Shown here: positions 31,395 to 42,745 of the stretch, one piece after another
Position numbering within the stretch: position 1 is the stretch's first letter
Layout: every line of letters starts with the position of its first letter
Assembly: GCF_000142905.1 (NCBI RefSeq)
Contig: NW_013657645.1
Span: 186,001-250,000 of the forward strand
Length of the DNA stretch: 64,000 bases
Reading direction: 5' to 3'
DNA from: Thecamonas trahens ATCC 50062
Lineage: Eukaryota; Protista; Apusomonadida
Program-made: the position numbers and the translations under genes
Notes under the pieces: generated by a model
Databases searched by the model: none
What the model saw: the letters and a program-made list of their open reading frames with translations, nothing else
Told to the model about the DNA's origin: nothing

Positions 31395-33612
31395 ATGGCG
31401 GGACGAGAGGGAGACGAGAGCGCATGGTCATGGTTCCGCGGGGACAACCATCCGACAGCCACCCGTGCTGACACCTCCTATCTCCGTACCCTCCCCTCCG
31501 GAGGGAGTCCAGGTGCCCGCCACCGCCGTGCCCCGCATCCGCCCTCCTCCCTCACCACCGCAGACATATCCGGCGCACGCCCACGCCGCCGCTACGACGC
31601 ACTGCCCCGTCCTCCCCTTGAACCCATAGACAGGTACGCTCCTTCCAGTCCCCTCCCCCTCTTCCTTCTTACCCTCCCCCCCCCCCCCCCTCCCCCTCCT
31701 CTTCCCCTCCCCTGCCATTGGCGCCTGTTTTCGACCGTTGGGCTGAGGTGGTGGCGGGGCCATGGGCCGTGGGGATGGGGATGGGGAGCAGAGTGGGGTA
31801 CAACCATATGATGGAGACTCATATGTGTGGTTGGTTTATGGTGTGTCTACGGGTGATGGTCTCGTATGGTGGTGCTTTGGCGGTGTATTGGCCTTCCTGG
31901 TGGTCTGCCATCGCTCCCTCATCCGCCCCCCCCCCCCCCGCCGTCGCTTGCCATTGCCGCCCCGTCGCCTGCGCTTCCGATGCACGCCTCCTGCTCCGCT
32001 TTGGCTTGGCTACAGGCCGCGTCCGCTGCATCGAGCAAGAACGAACGCGCCAGCATACGCCCTCTCCAACAAGGACATTGCCGGCTCGCAGCCGCAGGTT
32101 GTTCGCTTCCAAACCCGTCGGCACACCAACCCGCTGGCCCCTTCGTACGGGAAAGTCGGCGGTGAGCATCGCCGGGCCGATGGCTCACTCCCGCCAGGTA
32201 TGTCCGAAGAGGCCGGTGGCATTCTTCCGCGCATGCCGGACCACGCAGCCGCCGCAGCGAGAGCAAGTGCCACCGCCCCACCGCGCAACGTCCTCGCCGT
32301 CGACGACATCCAAGGCGCAAAGTCCAAGTCACACTACGCCTCGCGCTCGATCCGCAACCCGCTACAGACTGACGACATCGACGGCGCGCACACAGCCCCG
32401 GCTCCTCCCTTTCGCCGCAATCCGCTCGCCGTCGCCGACATCAACAACGCCTGCGCCTGGCGCTCCACCCGCCAAACCAACCCGCTCAACCCGCAGTACG
32501 TCATGGGTCCACCGCGCGTCGATGACTACATCATCTCGCACGCCCCACGTGCCCTTAAGTACACCAAGGCTGGCATGGTAGAGGACATCGATCGCTCGCG
32601 CGCCATGCTCCCGGCCAAGGTGGTCATCGGTGATGTGGATGGCTCGCACCCGCCCCCACCGCCACCTGCTGCCCGTCCACCCACCTCTTCGAACACATCC
32701 GCCTTTGCTCACAAGACGGTCGACTCGCCGCGCATCCGCCGCATGAAGGGCGATCGCAAGGGCAACCCGCTCGACCCGGACTATATCCTTCTCGATGGCC
32801 ATCACCACGCCGACGCCCCGGCCGCAACTTCGCTGCCTATGCTCAACGGTAGCGCTGCAGCCGCCCCGCAGCTCGAGCTTGTCGCCTCACCGCCCAAACC
32901 AGAGCCCAAACCAGCTCTTTCTCCGCCGGTCGCTTCCGAGCCCCCTGCGCCGGTGCCTGCCGCGACACCTGCCGCTGCTCTACCAACCCCAGCCCCTATG
33001 CCCGCACCCGTACCCAAGCCGGCGCCTCCTGCCCCACACCCGCCCAAGACCCGCCCAACAACCGCCACTGTCACCCGCCGCCGCAGCCGGCGTGGCAAGC
33101 GTCTTGTCGGCCCGCATCGCTCCGTGGTCGCTCCGCCGCCGTTTGCTGTCGACTCGGCCAACGGTGGGGCTGCTGCACCCGCGCCCAAGCTCCGCCCCGC
33201 TCTTGTTGACGACTACTATCCGTCTTCACAGCGCAACGTTTACATCCCACCAGCCCGCGGGCGCAATGGCGACAGGCAGCACGCCGTCCGGCCGGGCACA
33301 GGCCACTCGACCATGCCGGGCTTTGGCATTGTGTCGGCCGAGGGTGGGACTATGTTCCGCCGCGACTCTCGGCCAGCCACGGCCGCTAGCCCTGGACGAT
33401 CATCACGACGCCCGGCGGCGGCCACCAACCCATTCATGGTTCAGGAGCTGGCGTACGGCGCCAAGACGACCTCCATCCCACCGGCGTACTACAAGCCGTT
33501 CATGCCCAAGAGCCAGACCACCATGCACGCCTCGCACATGACCCAGCGCCAACGCAGGCAGCAAGCAGAACGCCAGGCAGACATCGAGCTCGTGGCATCG
33601 CTCCCGCTGTAA
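31395..33612 (+). CDS. DIxGA / NPLxPxY repeat protein, possibly axonemal or microtubule-associated; join(31395..31633, 32016..33612)
   Basis: Repeated L.T.DI.GA.P and (T)NPL.P.Y motifs; C-terminal RQADIELVASLP; phase-2 GTACGC...TACAG intron. Confidence 0.7.
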
Positions 33613-33821
33613 ACCAAGTGAGGAACACCAAACGACCGCACTGCCACGGACGGAACAGGAGAACTCGCTGGGTCATTGCTCCCCGCAGCAACCAGAGACA
33701 AGCGATCGGACAGACCAGACCCATCCCACGACCATCTCAAACGCCCCGACACTGGTATAGCTCAGTCCAGCTCGCCTCTGCTTCAGCAGATAGCGCCTAC
33801 CTAGCTTTGCAGCTCTGCAGC

Positions 33822-34185
33822 TCAGTCGCGGCGGCGGGCACGGCCGCGGAAGGCCGACGGCGGGCGGGCGGTGGCTGTCGTGGTCGTCGCTCCACCACCC
33901 GCGGCACCTCCGGTACCCGGGCCAGCAGCCATGGCGCCTGCAGGGGCATCACGGTCATGGCACTTGCGCGACGACCGGTTCATGAACATCAGCAGACCAC
34001 CGACCACCGCTACCAATACTGTGTGGGGTTGGGGAGTGAGTAGGCAGAGGGCGGGTAGGGGGAGAGGGCAAGGGAGGGGATCACGGGCAGAGGGGCGGCG
34101 AGGAGAGGGAGGGGGAAGAGGACATACGGGCGAGGTTGAGGACCACGGTGGAGAGGGAGAGCTCGGCAATAGCGTCAATGGACAT
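33822..34185 (-). CDS. 84-aa single-pass membrane microprotein; join(34128..34185, 33822..34018)
   Basis: MSIDAIAELSLSTVVLNLALLVAVVGGLLMFMNR...SAFRGRARRRD; phase-1 GTATGT...CTCAC...CACAG intron joins the TM helix. Confidence 0.65.
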
Positions 34186-34227
34186 GGGGAAAGAGGGAGG
34201 GGAGAAGAGACCGAGGAAACGTTGTCA

Positions 34228-34732
34228 AGTATGAGCTGACGAGAGAATGAGCAGTTGGTGCGTTGCCAGCAGTTGGCGGAGGAATGTACGATCATCGACC
34301 GGTTGTTGCCACTGTGTGAGTGGTGCAACACACACAAATGTGCTTGACAACATCGACAACACCATCAGATCGTGCATCGGGGTGCAATAGCAGTTTTCAC
34401 AAGTCGATGTCTATGGCAGTCAAAGGAATAACTGAGAGAGTTGCAATTTTACACCTCGCTGCGCGAAAGTCGAGGAGATCGAGCATGTGTGAGAGTATGA
34501 GCTGACGAGAGAATGAGCAGTTGGTGCGTTGCCAGCAGTTGGCGGAGGAATGTACGATCATCGACCGGTTGTTGCCACTGTGTGAGTGGTGCAACACACA
34601 CAAATGTGCTTGACAACATCGACAACACCATCAGATCGTGCATCGGGGTGCAATAGCAGTTTTCACAAGTCGATGTCTATGGCAGTCAAAGGAATAACTG
34701 AGAGAGTTGCAATTTTACACCTCGCTGCGCGA
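34228..34732. repeat. Direct duplication of 239 bp (34228..34466 = 34494..34732), period 266
   Basis: The two copies appear identical and are separated by 27 unique bp. Confidence 0.95.
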
Positions 34733-34871
34733 GTGGCGGGCGGCGTCTGGATCAGCTCGAGCCGGAGGCAGAGCGCGGGGATGTTGCCTCAAAGCCGTGC
34801 GAGGCAGGCGGCCGAGCAGCGCCAGTGCAGCACCACTCGACTTATTAGCCCGTCGGACAGATTGAGCGTAT

Positions 34872-37800
34872 TTACACCAGTGCACGACCAATGTGATCAA
34901 CAACATCGACGACTCGAACAGAACCGTCTGATGCCCCGATCCAAAGCATATGGTCGTCGGGAGTCGGGGCCTGGACCACAACAGTAGGGACTATATGGTC
35001 ACCAACATCGAGAAGAGTGCAAAGGAGTCGCCCGGTCTTGGTATCCCACGCTCGAACAGTGCCGTCGGTCGAGGCTGTGACTACTGTGGCGGTGGCGGTG
35101 AGGGCGACGATAGCGGTGAGGGCGGCAGCGTGTGCATCGATGAGCAGTCGGACCCGCGGCGTGTGGCCGAGCAGATCCCAGACATGTACGATGCCGCGGA
35201 GAGGAGCGGCATCGGTGCCCTGGCTCGCAGCGACGGCGGCTGGGGTTGGCATCGGCGTTGCCGGCGAGAGCGCAGGATGAAGGTGCCACGGGGTATCCAG
35301 AGGTGTGGCAGACCACGGTGAGTGTCTCGCATGAGCTGCCGATGCAGTCTCTGAGAACGCTTTCTCGGGTGAGTAGGCGTACGAGAGCGACGACTCGTCG
35401 AGCACTCCGCCGCGCTCCGCCAGAAGTTCATCATGCAACAGCTGGTTGAGAACAGAGACGCCAACTGCAACGCTAATAGCGCCACCGGCTTGATCAAGCA
35501 GCGGGGCAGCCGGAAACGCGTCAGGGCTTGGTTGGGCATACACCACCCAGTTGACGCACCAGTCTTCAAACAGCAGATCAACAATAGGGCCAGCCAGCGT
35601 CGCCTCGGACCACGCCACGCGGAGCCCGACGAGGCGGCCGAGCCGAGGAAGCCAAACAAGGACCAAGTGCACGTTGGCTTCCCACGGCGCGAGCGGAACA
35701 GATCGAATCCGTCCGTTGAGTGCTCCTGAAGGCGTCGGGATGGGATACACAAGCTCTGCTGTCGACGAATCGAGGGGGCACCGCCATCCCGCCAGCGTAC
35801 CATCACCAGCAAGGGCGTAGACCACACCGTCAGGTCCGGGACAAACATCGACCACCGCACCGGCCGAGTCGGGAAGCCAGAGGCCACGTACAAGAGCCAG
35901 TGACGAGAGCGACCAGACCTTGACCGAGTCCTCGCTGACGCCAAACGAGATTGCAGCCTCGGTGTCAGACTGCAAGGCGAGGAGGTGAAAGGCGGCGACG
36001 CCATGTGGATGGGCATCCTCGATGACAAACAGTGGGTTACGTGGATGGAGAAGGATGTGCCGTCCTGACAGTTCCGGGTTACCCTGCGAGCTGGCGAGAA
36101 CAACAGGCGTAGAAGCGCGCGACGTGGTACCCGGGAGCGAGAGTGACGAGAGCGAGACGAGAGCAACCATGTTGCGGACCCGCGGAGCGCCGATGCGAAG
36201 CGAGTGCAGTTGCGATGCCGACTCTGCGTCCAACCGGTTGCCCAACGTCGGCGCAAGGTGCCAGACCATGACTGAGCCGTCGGCTGCCAGCGTCGCAACC
36301 ACTCGACTGGCGCCGCATGTAAGCGAGACAATACCGCTGACAAGGGTGAGGTGCTTGGTGGGAAGGGCGGGCGCTGGATCACCAACCTGAGCAGGAAGAT
36401 GGATCGCAAGCGAGTCGACAGTGATGGCGTCGTGGTCGACGAGCGCAGCGGCGACGAGCGCGTGGGTGCCGGCAGCGGCAGCGGCAGCGGCATCCTCAAG
36501 CAGCGCAAGCGCGTCTGAAGCTGAGATCCGATGCTGCGGATCGACCGCCAGCGCCGAGAGAACTAGCGTTCGTAGCGGCGTTGGCCACCATGTTTGGTGC
36601 CGCGGACGCAACCAGCGATTCTCTGGATCACGCCATGACACCAGCGGCAAGCCTGCCAGCACTTCATGGGCGAGGAGGCCAAATGCGTACATGTCAGCAG
36701 CCGCAGTCCGCGCGAGACCTTCAGGAGGCGCATAAGCTTGCGGCTCCACGAGTGTTGCCCACTTGTCACGTCCGACCCGGGATTCGAGCGCGGCCGCCAG
36801 ATCGAGTTCGAGCTCGAGACTTGTTTCTGGCCCCGAGAACTCAGCAGCCGCTTCGGGCGTTGTAGCCGTGACAAGACCTGCATGGACGTGAGTAAGATGG
36901 GCAGCGACGGTCTCGGGGCTTGAAATAAGCGCTGGTGGAACGACCAGGCGGAAGATCCAGCCGTCGCCACGGGGGGATGCCCAGACCATCGACGGGCAGA
37001 TGGCGCCATGGACGGCTCCAAGAGCATGCACTGTCTTGAGCGCAGATGCTAGGTCATGCAGCGCAGCGATGCGAGCAGAGAGGGTGGAGAGTGCACCGCT
37101 CGCCATTGACAGTGCAAGCGGCCGGTCGTCGGGCATGTGGTCGTACCAGACCCAGGCAAGTGAGCGCGGCTGATGCGGAAGCAAGTGAGCAAGGCCAACA
37201 CCCATGTCGGGTGATTCTGCCACGTGTGAGACGGCGACGAGCGGAACAATGTGTGGCGATGCCAGCGAAATGATGTCGGCCAAAGGGTGGAGTTGAGTCG
37301 AGTCCGACTGCGGTGGTAGGTCGAGGCCGGCAACCAGAAAGCCCTTGGCGTGGAGGGTGGTGGCGAGTCTGACGGCTGCAAACGGAATTGAGGCGAGCGA
37401 GCGGGCGAGCGGAAGTGTGGTCGGTGCAGCCATGTCAGCATCTGTGACGAGAAGCGGAACCAAAATGCGGGTAAGCGTCTGCTGGAGCACATCAGGTTGT
37501 GACGAGGCAAGAAGAGCCGGATCAAACGGAGGGAAACGATCCGGATACATGGGTGGAACCGCGATAGCCTGCGTAGGTGAGAGCCGCTCCGCAGCGCCGA
37601 GCGAGGCGAGAAAGGCAAGCGGGAGAGTGGACCAGGCAACGCCAAGGCCCTGATGACCAACAGCTAGGACATGGCTACTTCCGAGAAGGTAGAGCGAGGT
37701 GAGTGGCGCCGGGAGTGCGGGGAAGGCGTAGATCTGAGTTCCAGACTCAGGCTGCCACACCCGCAGCGTACCGTCGGCGCCAGCTGAGAAGACAAGGCCA

Positions 37801-40367
37801 GACTGAGTGAGGGTAAGTGCGTGGACAGGGCCGATGACATGGGCTGGGCTGCTGCCAAACCAGTGGTTGCGGATCGCGCGTGTCGGCCAATCCCATGCAA
37901 CAAGCGAACCATCGTCTGCGCCAGCAAGGACAATGCCCGCGTCTGGCACAAAGATCAAGGAGCGCAGGCCGATCGGGGTTTCTGTCACTAGCGCCGCGTC
38001 TTCGGTGAGAACATCAACGGAAGCAGTGTGGCCATCAGCCTCGATCTTGCATACAATGTGAACCGGTGTGACAGTGCCGACCGACGACGCGACCAGCAGA
38101 GTAAAGGTGTCTTCGAGGTCGGGGATGGCAGCAAGGTGCAGTGCAGTGACGATAGCGGGTGGGGCGACCGGTTCCGGAACGAGGCCAACAAGGATGCGCG
38201 AGTCGAGGTGGAAGACCAAGAGCGGCTCAAACGGAAGGCGGCGGTGAACGACAAGAAAACCGCCACAAGTTTGGAGAAGGGCGTTGGACGATAGCTCTGG
38301 AAGATGTGGCGAGGAGAGGGCGCGCCACCGCGAGGCACGGGTGAGCAGCGTGGCGGCATCGGCGTCGGAGGTAGTAACGAGAACGAGAACGCCATTAGAA
38401 TACCCGAGTACAAGGGTGCTTGTGGCGGCGGAAAAGGTCATGCCTACGGCATGGACGCGTGCATTGGCGGCAGTGCCAAAGTCGATGACCGAGCGCGGTG
38501 GATTAGGGCGTGATGCGAGAAGCTCACCCGAGCTTGGATGAAGGGCGAGGAGCGCGCCGTCGTCGAGCGCCACAAGAAGGACGGTCCCTGCGTCGAGGAG
38601 ATGCATGGCTGTGGGGGATGCGGTCAGCGGATACTGCCACGACGAGCGTAGTCTACTGGCAGTGGCGGCGAGTGAGAGGGCAATGACGGCCGGCGACGAT
38701 GACGAGGCGAGAAAAACGCGGCTGCCTGCAACGCAGATGGCGGCGAGTGAGCCAAAGGCTGGCAGCGAAAGCGGAGGCAGAATGCGGTAGAGCGCGTCCG
38801 GGTCACTGATGTCGGGCCGCCAAGCGAGGAGCCGTGTTGCGGATGGCGTGTCCGCATGAGAAATGGCGTCGAGGAGGGCAGCGGGCGAGCCCGCGGCGGC
38901 GTGGCGGATGAGGGCGAGGTAGCCTAGGATGCGGGCGGGAGAAGCGCGACGAGACGGAACGAGCTGAAGGCACTCGTCAATGAGCGAGCAGACAAGGGCC
39001 GGCCAATGATCAGCGAGCGGCGGACGCTCGTTCCAGGCCTTGGTCCTGTCAAGTGAAGTGGGAAAGGGCGGCTCGCCGGCCCAGAGGGCCCAGACAAGGA
39101 GGCCAAAGGAGAAGACGTCTGCCGCCGGGGTCAGCGGAAGCTTGCGCTGAAAGGCTTCAGGCGCAGCGTAGGCGTATGCCGGCAGGATGACGCTGTTGAG
39201 GCCCGGGGCGAGGTGCAGAACAGCGACCGAGGTGCGATCCAGCGAAGCGTAGAGTGCTTCGAAGCAAAGCGCGCCGTGAACAATGCCCAGTGAGTTGAGG
39301 TAGTGCAGTGCAGCGGCGGCGGCGGTAAGGGTGGTGAGGATGGCGTCGAGCGAATCGGCAAGGGCGAGGGCTGGCAGCGAGAGCGGGGCCGATCCGTGAA
39401 GGAGAAAGGCCCACTGGGCGGCTGAGTTTGCAGCGAGGCCTTGAAAGGGAAGAAGTGAAGGTGATGCAAGACGATGGCGGATCTGGGCTTGGGCCTCGAG
39501 CTGGGCAGGGCTGACCGCACCCGACAACATCAGGGGGTCAAGTGAAAAGGTGGCGACGGCACGGTTGTTGAGGTTAGACGTGTGCAGCTCGCCCTTACTC
39601 GCCGTGGCAGACGAGCGTAGTCCGAGGCGCGAGGCAAAGGCCACCAAGGCGCGGGCGCGGGTGGACGGCAAGATGTAGGCGCTTAGCGAGTCGGATAAGG
39701 AGGGTGACGAGGGCGCAGACGATGCCGACGACGATGGGTGGGGAGTCGGGCCCGATGCGAGGAGCTCGTAGCGGTCAACAGAGTCGAGAGGCACGTGAAT
39801 GCCTGCGGGTGCTTCGTGGCTGTATAGAGTGGCTGAAGGTGTGTCGTGGACAAAGAGCGGGAGGTCGAGCTGAGCGGCGAGGTCTGCGACAGCCTGAGCG
39901 GCAAGCGGGCGCAGCGAATCTGGGCAGCGGAGAGGGGCGATGCCGACGTGTGTGAGATCTGGCGAGTCCGGAAGGGTGCTGACCCAAGCAACATCGCCGA
40001 TGATGGGCGCGCGAGATTGTGCAGGCGAGGAAGGGCGGCAGAGGGTGACGAGCTCGCCGATGTCGAGCGGGCGTGCCGCGAGGGCGGCGGGAGCGTGGGG
40101 TGCGGCGGGCGGACAGACAGCGGCGGGGCGCACAAAGACGACGCGGGCGGTGCGCGAGTGAGGGAAGAAGAACCGCTCGCCGCCGAGGGTACCTGGCGGC
40201 TCGTCCGCGCGCGGGAAGATGCAGTCAGCAGTGGAGGGCGGTGGGGCTGAGGCGGTGAGCTCGAGGCCGAGCCAGGTGCCGCGGAGCGAAGGGAGCGAGC
40301 CGACGTAGCGGATGGTCCCGCGGGTCTTGGCAAGCCAGACGGTGGTGCCGAGAGCAAGCTGCTCCAT
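34872..40367 (-). CDS. CAP-Gly + pseudokinase + WD40 + pseudokinase + WD40 protein
   Basis: GTIRYVG.....GTWLGLEL...GTLGGERFF (CAP-Gly); LHYLNSLGIVHGAL..YAAPE..ADVFSFG and VHALGAVHGAI..YAPPE..ADMYAFG; WD motifs AGADDGSLVAWD, SAGADGTLRVW, TASTDGTVRAWD. Confidence 0.8.
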   Translation of the reverse strand: MEQLALGTTVWLAKTRGTIRYVGSLPSLRGTWLGLELTASAPPPSTADCIFPRADEPPGTLGGERFFFPHSRTARVVFVRPAAVCPPAAPHAPAALAARPLDIGELVTLCRPSSPAQSRAPIIGDVAWVSTLPDSPDLTHVGIAPLRCPDSLRPLAAQAVADLAAQLDLPLFVHDTPSATLYSHEAPAGIHVPLDSVDRYELLASGPTPHPSSSASSAPSSPSLSDSLSAYILPSTRARALVAFASRLGLRSSATASKGELHTSNLNNRAVATFSLDPLMLSGAVSPAQLEAQAQIRHRLASPSLLPFQGLAANSAAQWAFLLHGSAPLSLPALALADSLDAILTTLTAAAAALHYLNSLGIVHGALCFEALYASLDRTSVAVLHLAPGLNSVILPAYAYAAPEAFQRKLPLTPAADVFSFGLLVWALWAGEPPFPTSLDRTKAWNERPPLADHWPALVCSLIDECLQLVPSRRASPARILGYLALIRHAAAGSPAALLDAISHADTPSATRLLAWRPDISDPDALYRILPPLSLPAFGSLAAICVAGSRVFLASSSSPAVIALSLAATASRLRSSWQYPLTASPTAMHLLDAGTVLLVALDDGALLALHPSSGELLASRPNPPRSVIDFGTAANARVHAVGMTFSAATSTLVLGYSNGVLVLVTTSDADAATLLTRASRWRALSSPHLPELSSNALLQTCGGFLVVHRRLPFEPLLVFHLDSRILVGLVPEPVAPPAIVTALHLAAIPDLEDTFTLLVASSVGTVTPVHIVCKIEADGHTASVDVLTEDAALVTETPIGLRSLIFVPDAGIVLAGADDGSLVAWDWPTRAIRNHWFGSSPAHVIGPVHALTLTQSGLVFSAGADGTLRVWQPESGTQIYAFPALPAPLTSLYLLGSSHVLAVGHQGLGVAWSTLPLAFLASLGAAERLSPTQAIAVPPMYPDRFPPFDPALLASSQPDVLQQTLTRILVPLLVTDADMAAPTTLPLARSLASIPFAAVRLATTLHAKGFLVAGLDLPPQSDSTQLHPLADIISLASPHIVPLVAVSHVAESPDMGVGLAHLLPHQPRSLAWVWYDHMPDDRPLALSMASGALSTLSARIAALHDLASALKTVHALGAVHGAICPSMVWASPRGDGWIFRLVVPPALISSPETVAAHLTHVHAGLVTATTPEAAAEFSGPETSLELELDLAAALESRVGRDKWATLVEPQAYAPPEGLARTAAADMYAFGLLAHEVLAGLPLVSWRDPENRWLRPRHQTWWPTPLRTLVLSALAVDPQHRISASDALALLEDAAAAAAAGTHALVAAALVDHDAITVDSLAIHLPAQVGDPAPALPTKHLTLVSGIVSLTCGASRVVATLAADGSVMVWHLAPTLGNRLDAESASQLHSLRIGAPRVRNMVALVSLSSLSLPGTTSRASTPVVLASSQGNPELSGRHILLHPRNPLFVIEDAHPHGVAAFHLLALQSDTEAAISFGVSEDSVKVWSLSSLALVRGLWLPDSAGAVVDVCPGPDGVVYALAGDGTLAGWRCPLDSSTAELVYPIPTPSGALNGRIRSVPLAPWEANVHLVLVWLPRLGRLVGLRVAWSEATLAGPIVDLLFEDWCVNWVVYAQPSPDAFPAAPLLDQAGGAISVAVGVSVLNQLLHDELLAERGGVLDESSLSYAYSPEKAFSETASAAHARHSPWSATPLDTPWHLHPALSPATPMPTPAAVAASQGTDAAPLRGIVHVWDLLGHTPRVRLLIDAHAAALTAIVALTATATVVTASTDGTVRAWDTKTGRLLCTLLDVGDHIVPTVVVQAPTPDDHMLWIGASDGSVRVVDVVDHIGRALV

Positions 40368-40541
40368 GCCGCGTATGTGTGTGTGTGTGTGTGTGAAAGT
40401 CTTAAAGTCTTTGGTCTTTGACAGTGAGATGGGGCACCGAGCGAGGCGGCCGTCGAGTTCCCGAGTTGACTCGAGCGGCACGGAACGGTAGGTAGGGGTG
40501 GGGGTGTGTGTCAGGGATCGGAACGAGCAAAGGGAAGTGGC

Positions 40542-41127
40542 TCAAGAGCCGTCGAGGGGGCTATCGCCGAGAGTGTCGATGTCGTGGTCGTGGTCGAGGG
40601 CGAGGCCGGTGGAGATGTCGAAGCGGACATTGACACAGCCGACCTGGGCGAGCGAGGAGTTGCTGAGGATGATGTTGGTGACGTACGGTCCCGTGGGCGC
40701 TTGGCTGGGAAGGATGGCCTGGAAGACAAAGACGGCGGAGGGATTGGGGGGGACAGGGCATGTTGCAATGTCGCAGACCGAGACGGTGGTGCGCGAGACG
40801 GGGACGTCTGCGAAGGTGAAGTTGACGGAAAACTCACCGGCCGAGATGGCCTCAGACAGGTCGCCAGTGATGGTGACGGTCATGTTCTTCCCAAGCACAG
40901 GCGGGTCCGGGCTGAGCGAGAGGTTGGTGACGGTGAAGCCGTGCGAGGTGTTCGAGCACTCGGTCCTGGAGGGAGGAGGGTGGGTGAGTGGGAGGAGGGA
41001 GGGGGGGAGGGAGGGAGAAGGCGTACCACAGCGGGGTGGGGGCGTCGACCGAGATGGTAGTTGCGGTAGCGTGGGCCAGACATGCCAGGACGCAGGCAGC
41101 AAGGACGAGGTGCAGGTTGGAGACCAT
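40542..41127 (-). CDS. ML-domain (NPC2/PG-PI transfer) lipid-binding protein; join(41027..41127, 40542..40965)
   Basis: Signal peptide; W..C....F.V..LSLSPDPP..GK..TV.I.G; C....CP; P...P.G.Y; GC; 61-nt GTACGC...CTCAC...CCAG intron. Confidence 0.88.
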
Positions 41128-41540
41128 GGCTGTGGGTGGTGTGTGCGGGGAGGAGGAGGAGAAGGAGGGGAGGGTGTGTGTGGACTTGGTAGTTGAATGT
41201 GTGTGTGTGGTGTGTGTTGTGTGTGTGCGGGTGTGAGAGAGGTGTAAAGTAGAGAGGGAGAGAGTGTGTGTCGAGAGTGTGTGTGGGGGTCGAGTGTGGG
41301 TGGCTGTGGGTCGTGTCGTGCGCGTGCAGTGCGGCGGCGGAGGGGTCACGCGGAGCAGCCCTTTTTCGCGTTCGATAGATGATTCCATTGGTGGGTGGCA
41401 TGGAATTGGTTTGGTTTGGGTTGAGAGGGTGAGCGGCGACGAGGGGTCTGTGGTTGGTGAGGAGACCGAGGTAGAGGTGGACGCAGGATAGTACTCGTCC
41501 CCGGTGCAGAGGCGGCGGGAGGAGGCCGGGGAGAGAAGAA

Positions 41541-42745
41541 ATGGGTCAGGGCGCATCGTCGTTTGGGTATCAGGTGTTCAAGGTAGGTGGAGGTGGGTAG
41601 TGGCGGGAGAGGAGGGGGTGGGAGAGGAGGAGGGGGGGGGAGAAGGTGAATAGCGAGGGGAGGTGGGCAGTGGGGTAGCGGGGCGAGACTCTGGGAGAGC
41701 AGCAGCGGTATGACTCACTGGGAGGGAGGGATGGGATGGAGGAGGATAGGTACATCCGCAGTCGCCGGCTGCTGCCGCTGGACTGGAGCCGTTCTTTGAC
41801 TTTATTGTGGCTGCGGACGGGGTGACGCTCGAGGCCGAGGACGAGACGTTTGTCAACATCCTCAAAGCCTTTGTGGGGCGGCCGCTGGTGGTGCAGGTGT
41901 ATTCTGTGAAGACGGGCCTTGTGCGGGACGTGGTGCTCATTCCGTCGCAGACCTGGGGTGGGACGGGCCTGCTGGGGCTCTCGATCCGGTTCTGCCCGTA
42001 CGAGAAGGCTGACGAGCTGGTGTGGCACGTTCTCAACGTGCAGGCCAAGTCGCCTGCGGCCGAGGCTGGGCTCATATCCGAGCTGGACTACATTGTGGGC
42101 GCACGCGATGCGATTTTCAGCTCTGAAACGTGCCTGTTCAAACACTTGGACGCACACGTGGGACGCGCTGTGGCGTTGTACGTGTACAACAGCGTGACCG
42201 ACGAGGTCCGCGAGGTCCAGCTGCGGCCGACTCCCAACTGGGCTGGCCCGGACAAGGCGTGTGGGACGCTTGGCTGTTCGATTGCGTTTGGGGTGGAGCA
42301 TCGGATCGACTTTAGCGCAGCCAGGCAGCCGCCGCGTGGGCCGACCCCTGAACTAGCGCTGGTGGCGTCAGCGCAGCCCGGTGGGGGCAAGCGGTCGCGG
42401 GCGACCGAGCACACGACGCTCTCACGGCTGCCTGATGCGCACCAGTACGACCGCGGCGCGGACCTTGAGCCTGAGCCTTTGACGCCTGACGGCGATCTTC
42501 CGCCGGCGGCGCTTGGCAACTCGGCCCCATCCGCCACTGCGGGCGATGGGCGCCAGACCATCCGGAGCGCCATCCAGTTTGACTACACCTACGACTACCG
42601 GCTGCCTGGTGAGGTTGTCCAGCTGCCAGACGACCTTGTCTCCTACCGTGACAATCCGCGACTCTTCCTCGCTTCGGCTCGCGACGGCAATGACGGCTGG
42701 GCGTCGGGCAGTGACGAGGTCTTTTCATACACCGAGTCGTCATAG
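41541..42745 (+). CDS. GORASP: GRASP55/65 Golgi reassembly-stacking protein; join(41541..41582, 41750..42745)
   Basis: MGQGAS (myristoyl), GYQVFKV...SPA..AGLEPFFDFI, WGG.GLLG.SIRFC, VWHVL.V...SPA..AGL....DYIVG, LYVYNS..D..REV, LGC.I.FG..HRI. Confidence 0.93.

Noticed and set aside
30343-31471. ORFs with PCQPSITL or GWQGRVMD repeats
   Set aside because: They are translations of the 24-bp minisatellite, open in several frames, and lie between two divergent genes.
33700-33830. TGA of the microprotein as selenocysteine (SelK/SelS-like)
   Set aside because: The context lacks the GGU/CxxU pattern and no SECIS-like element was evident downstream.
34228-34466. Duplicated unit as a spliceosomal snRNA or snoRNA
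   Set aside because: No U1/U2/U4/U5/U6 signature, proper Sm site or terminal C/D box pair was recognised.
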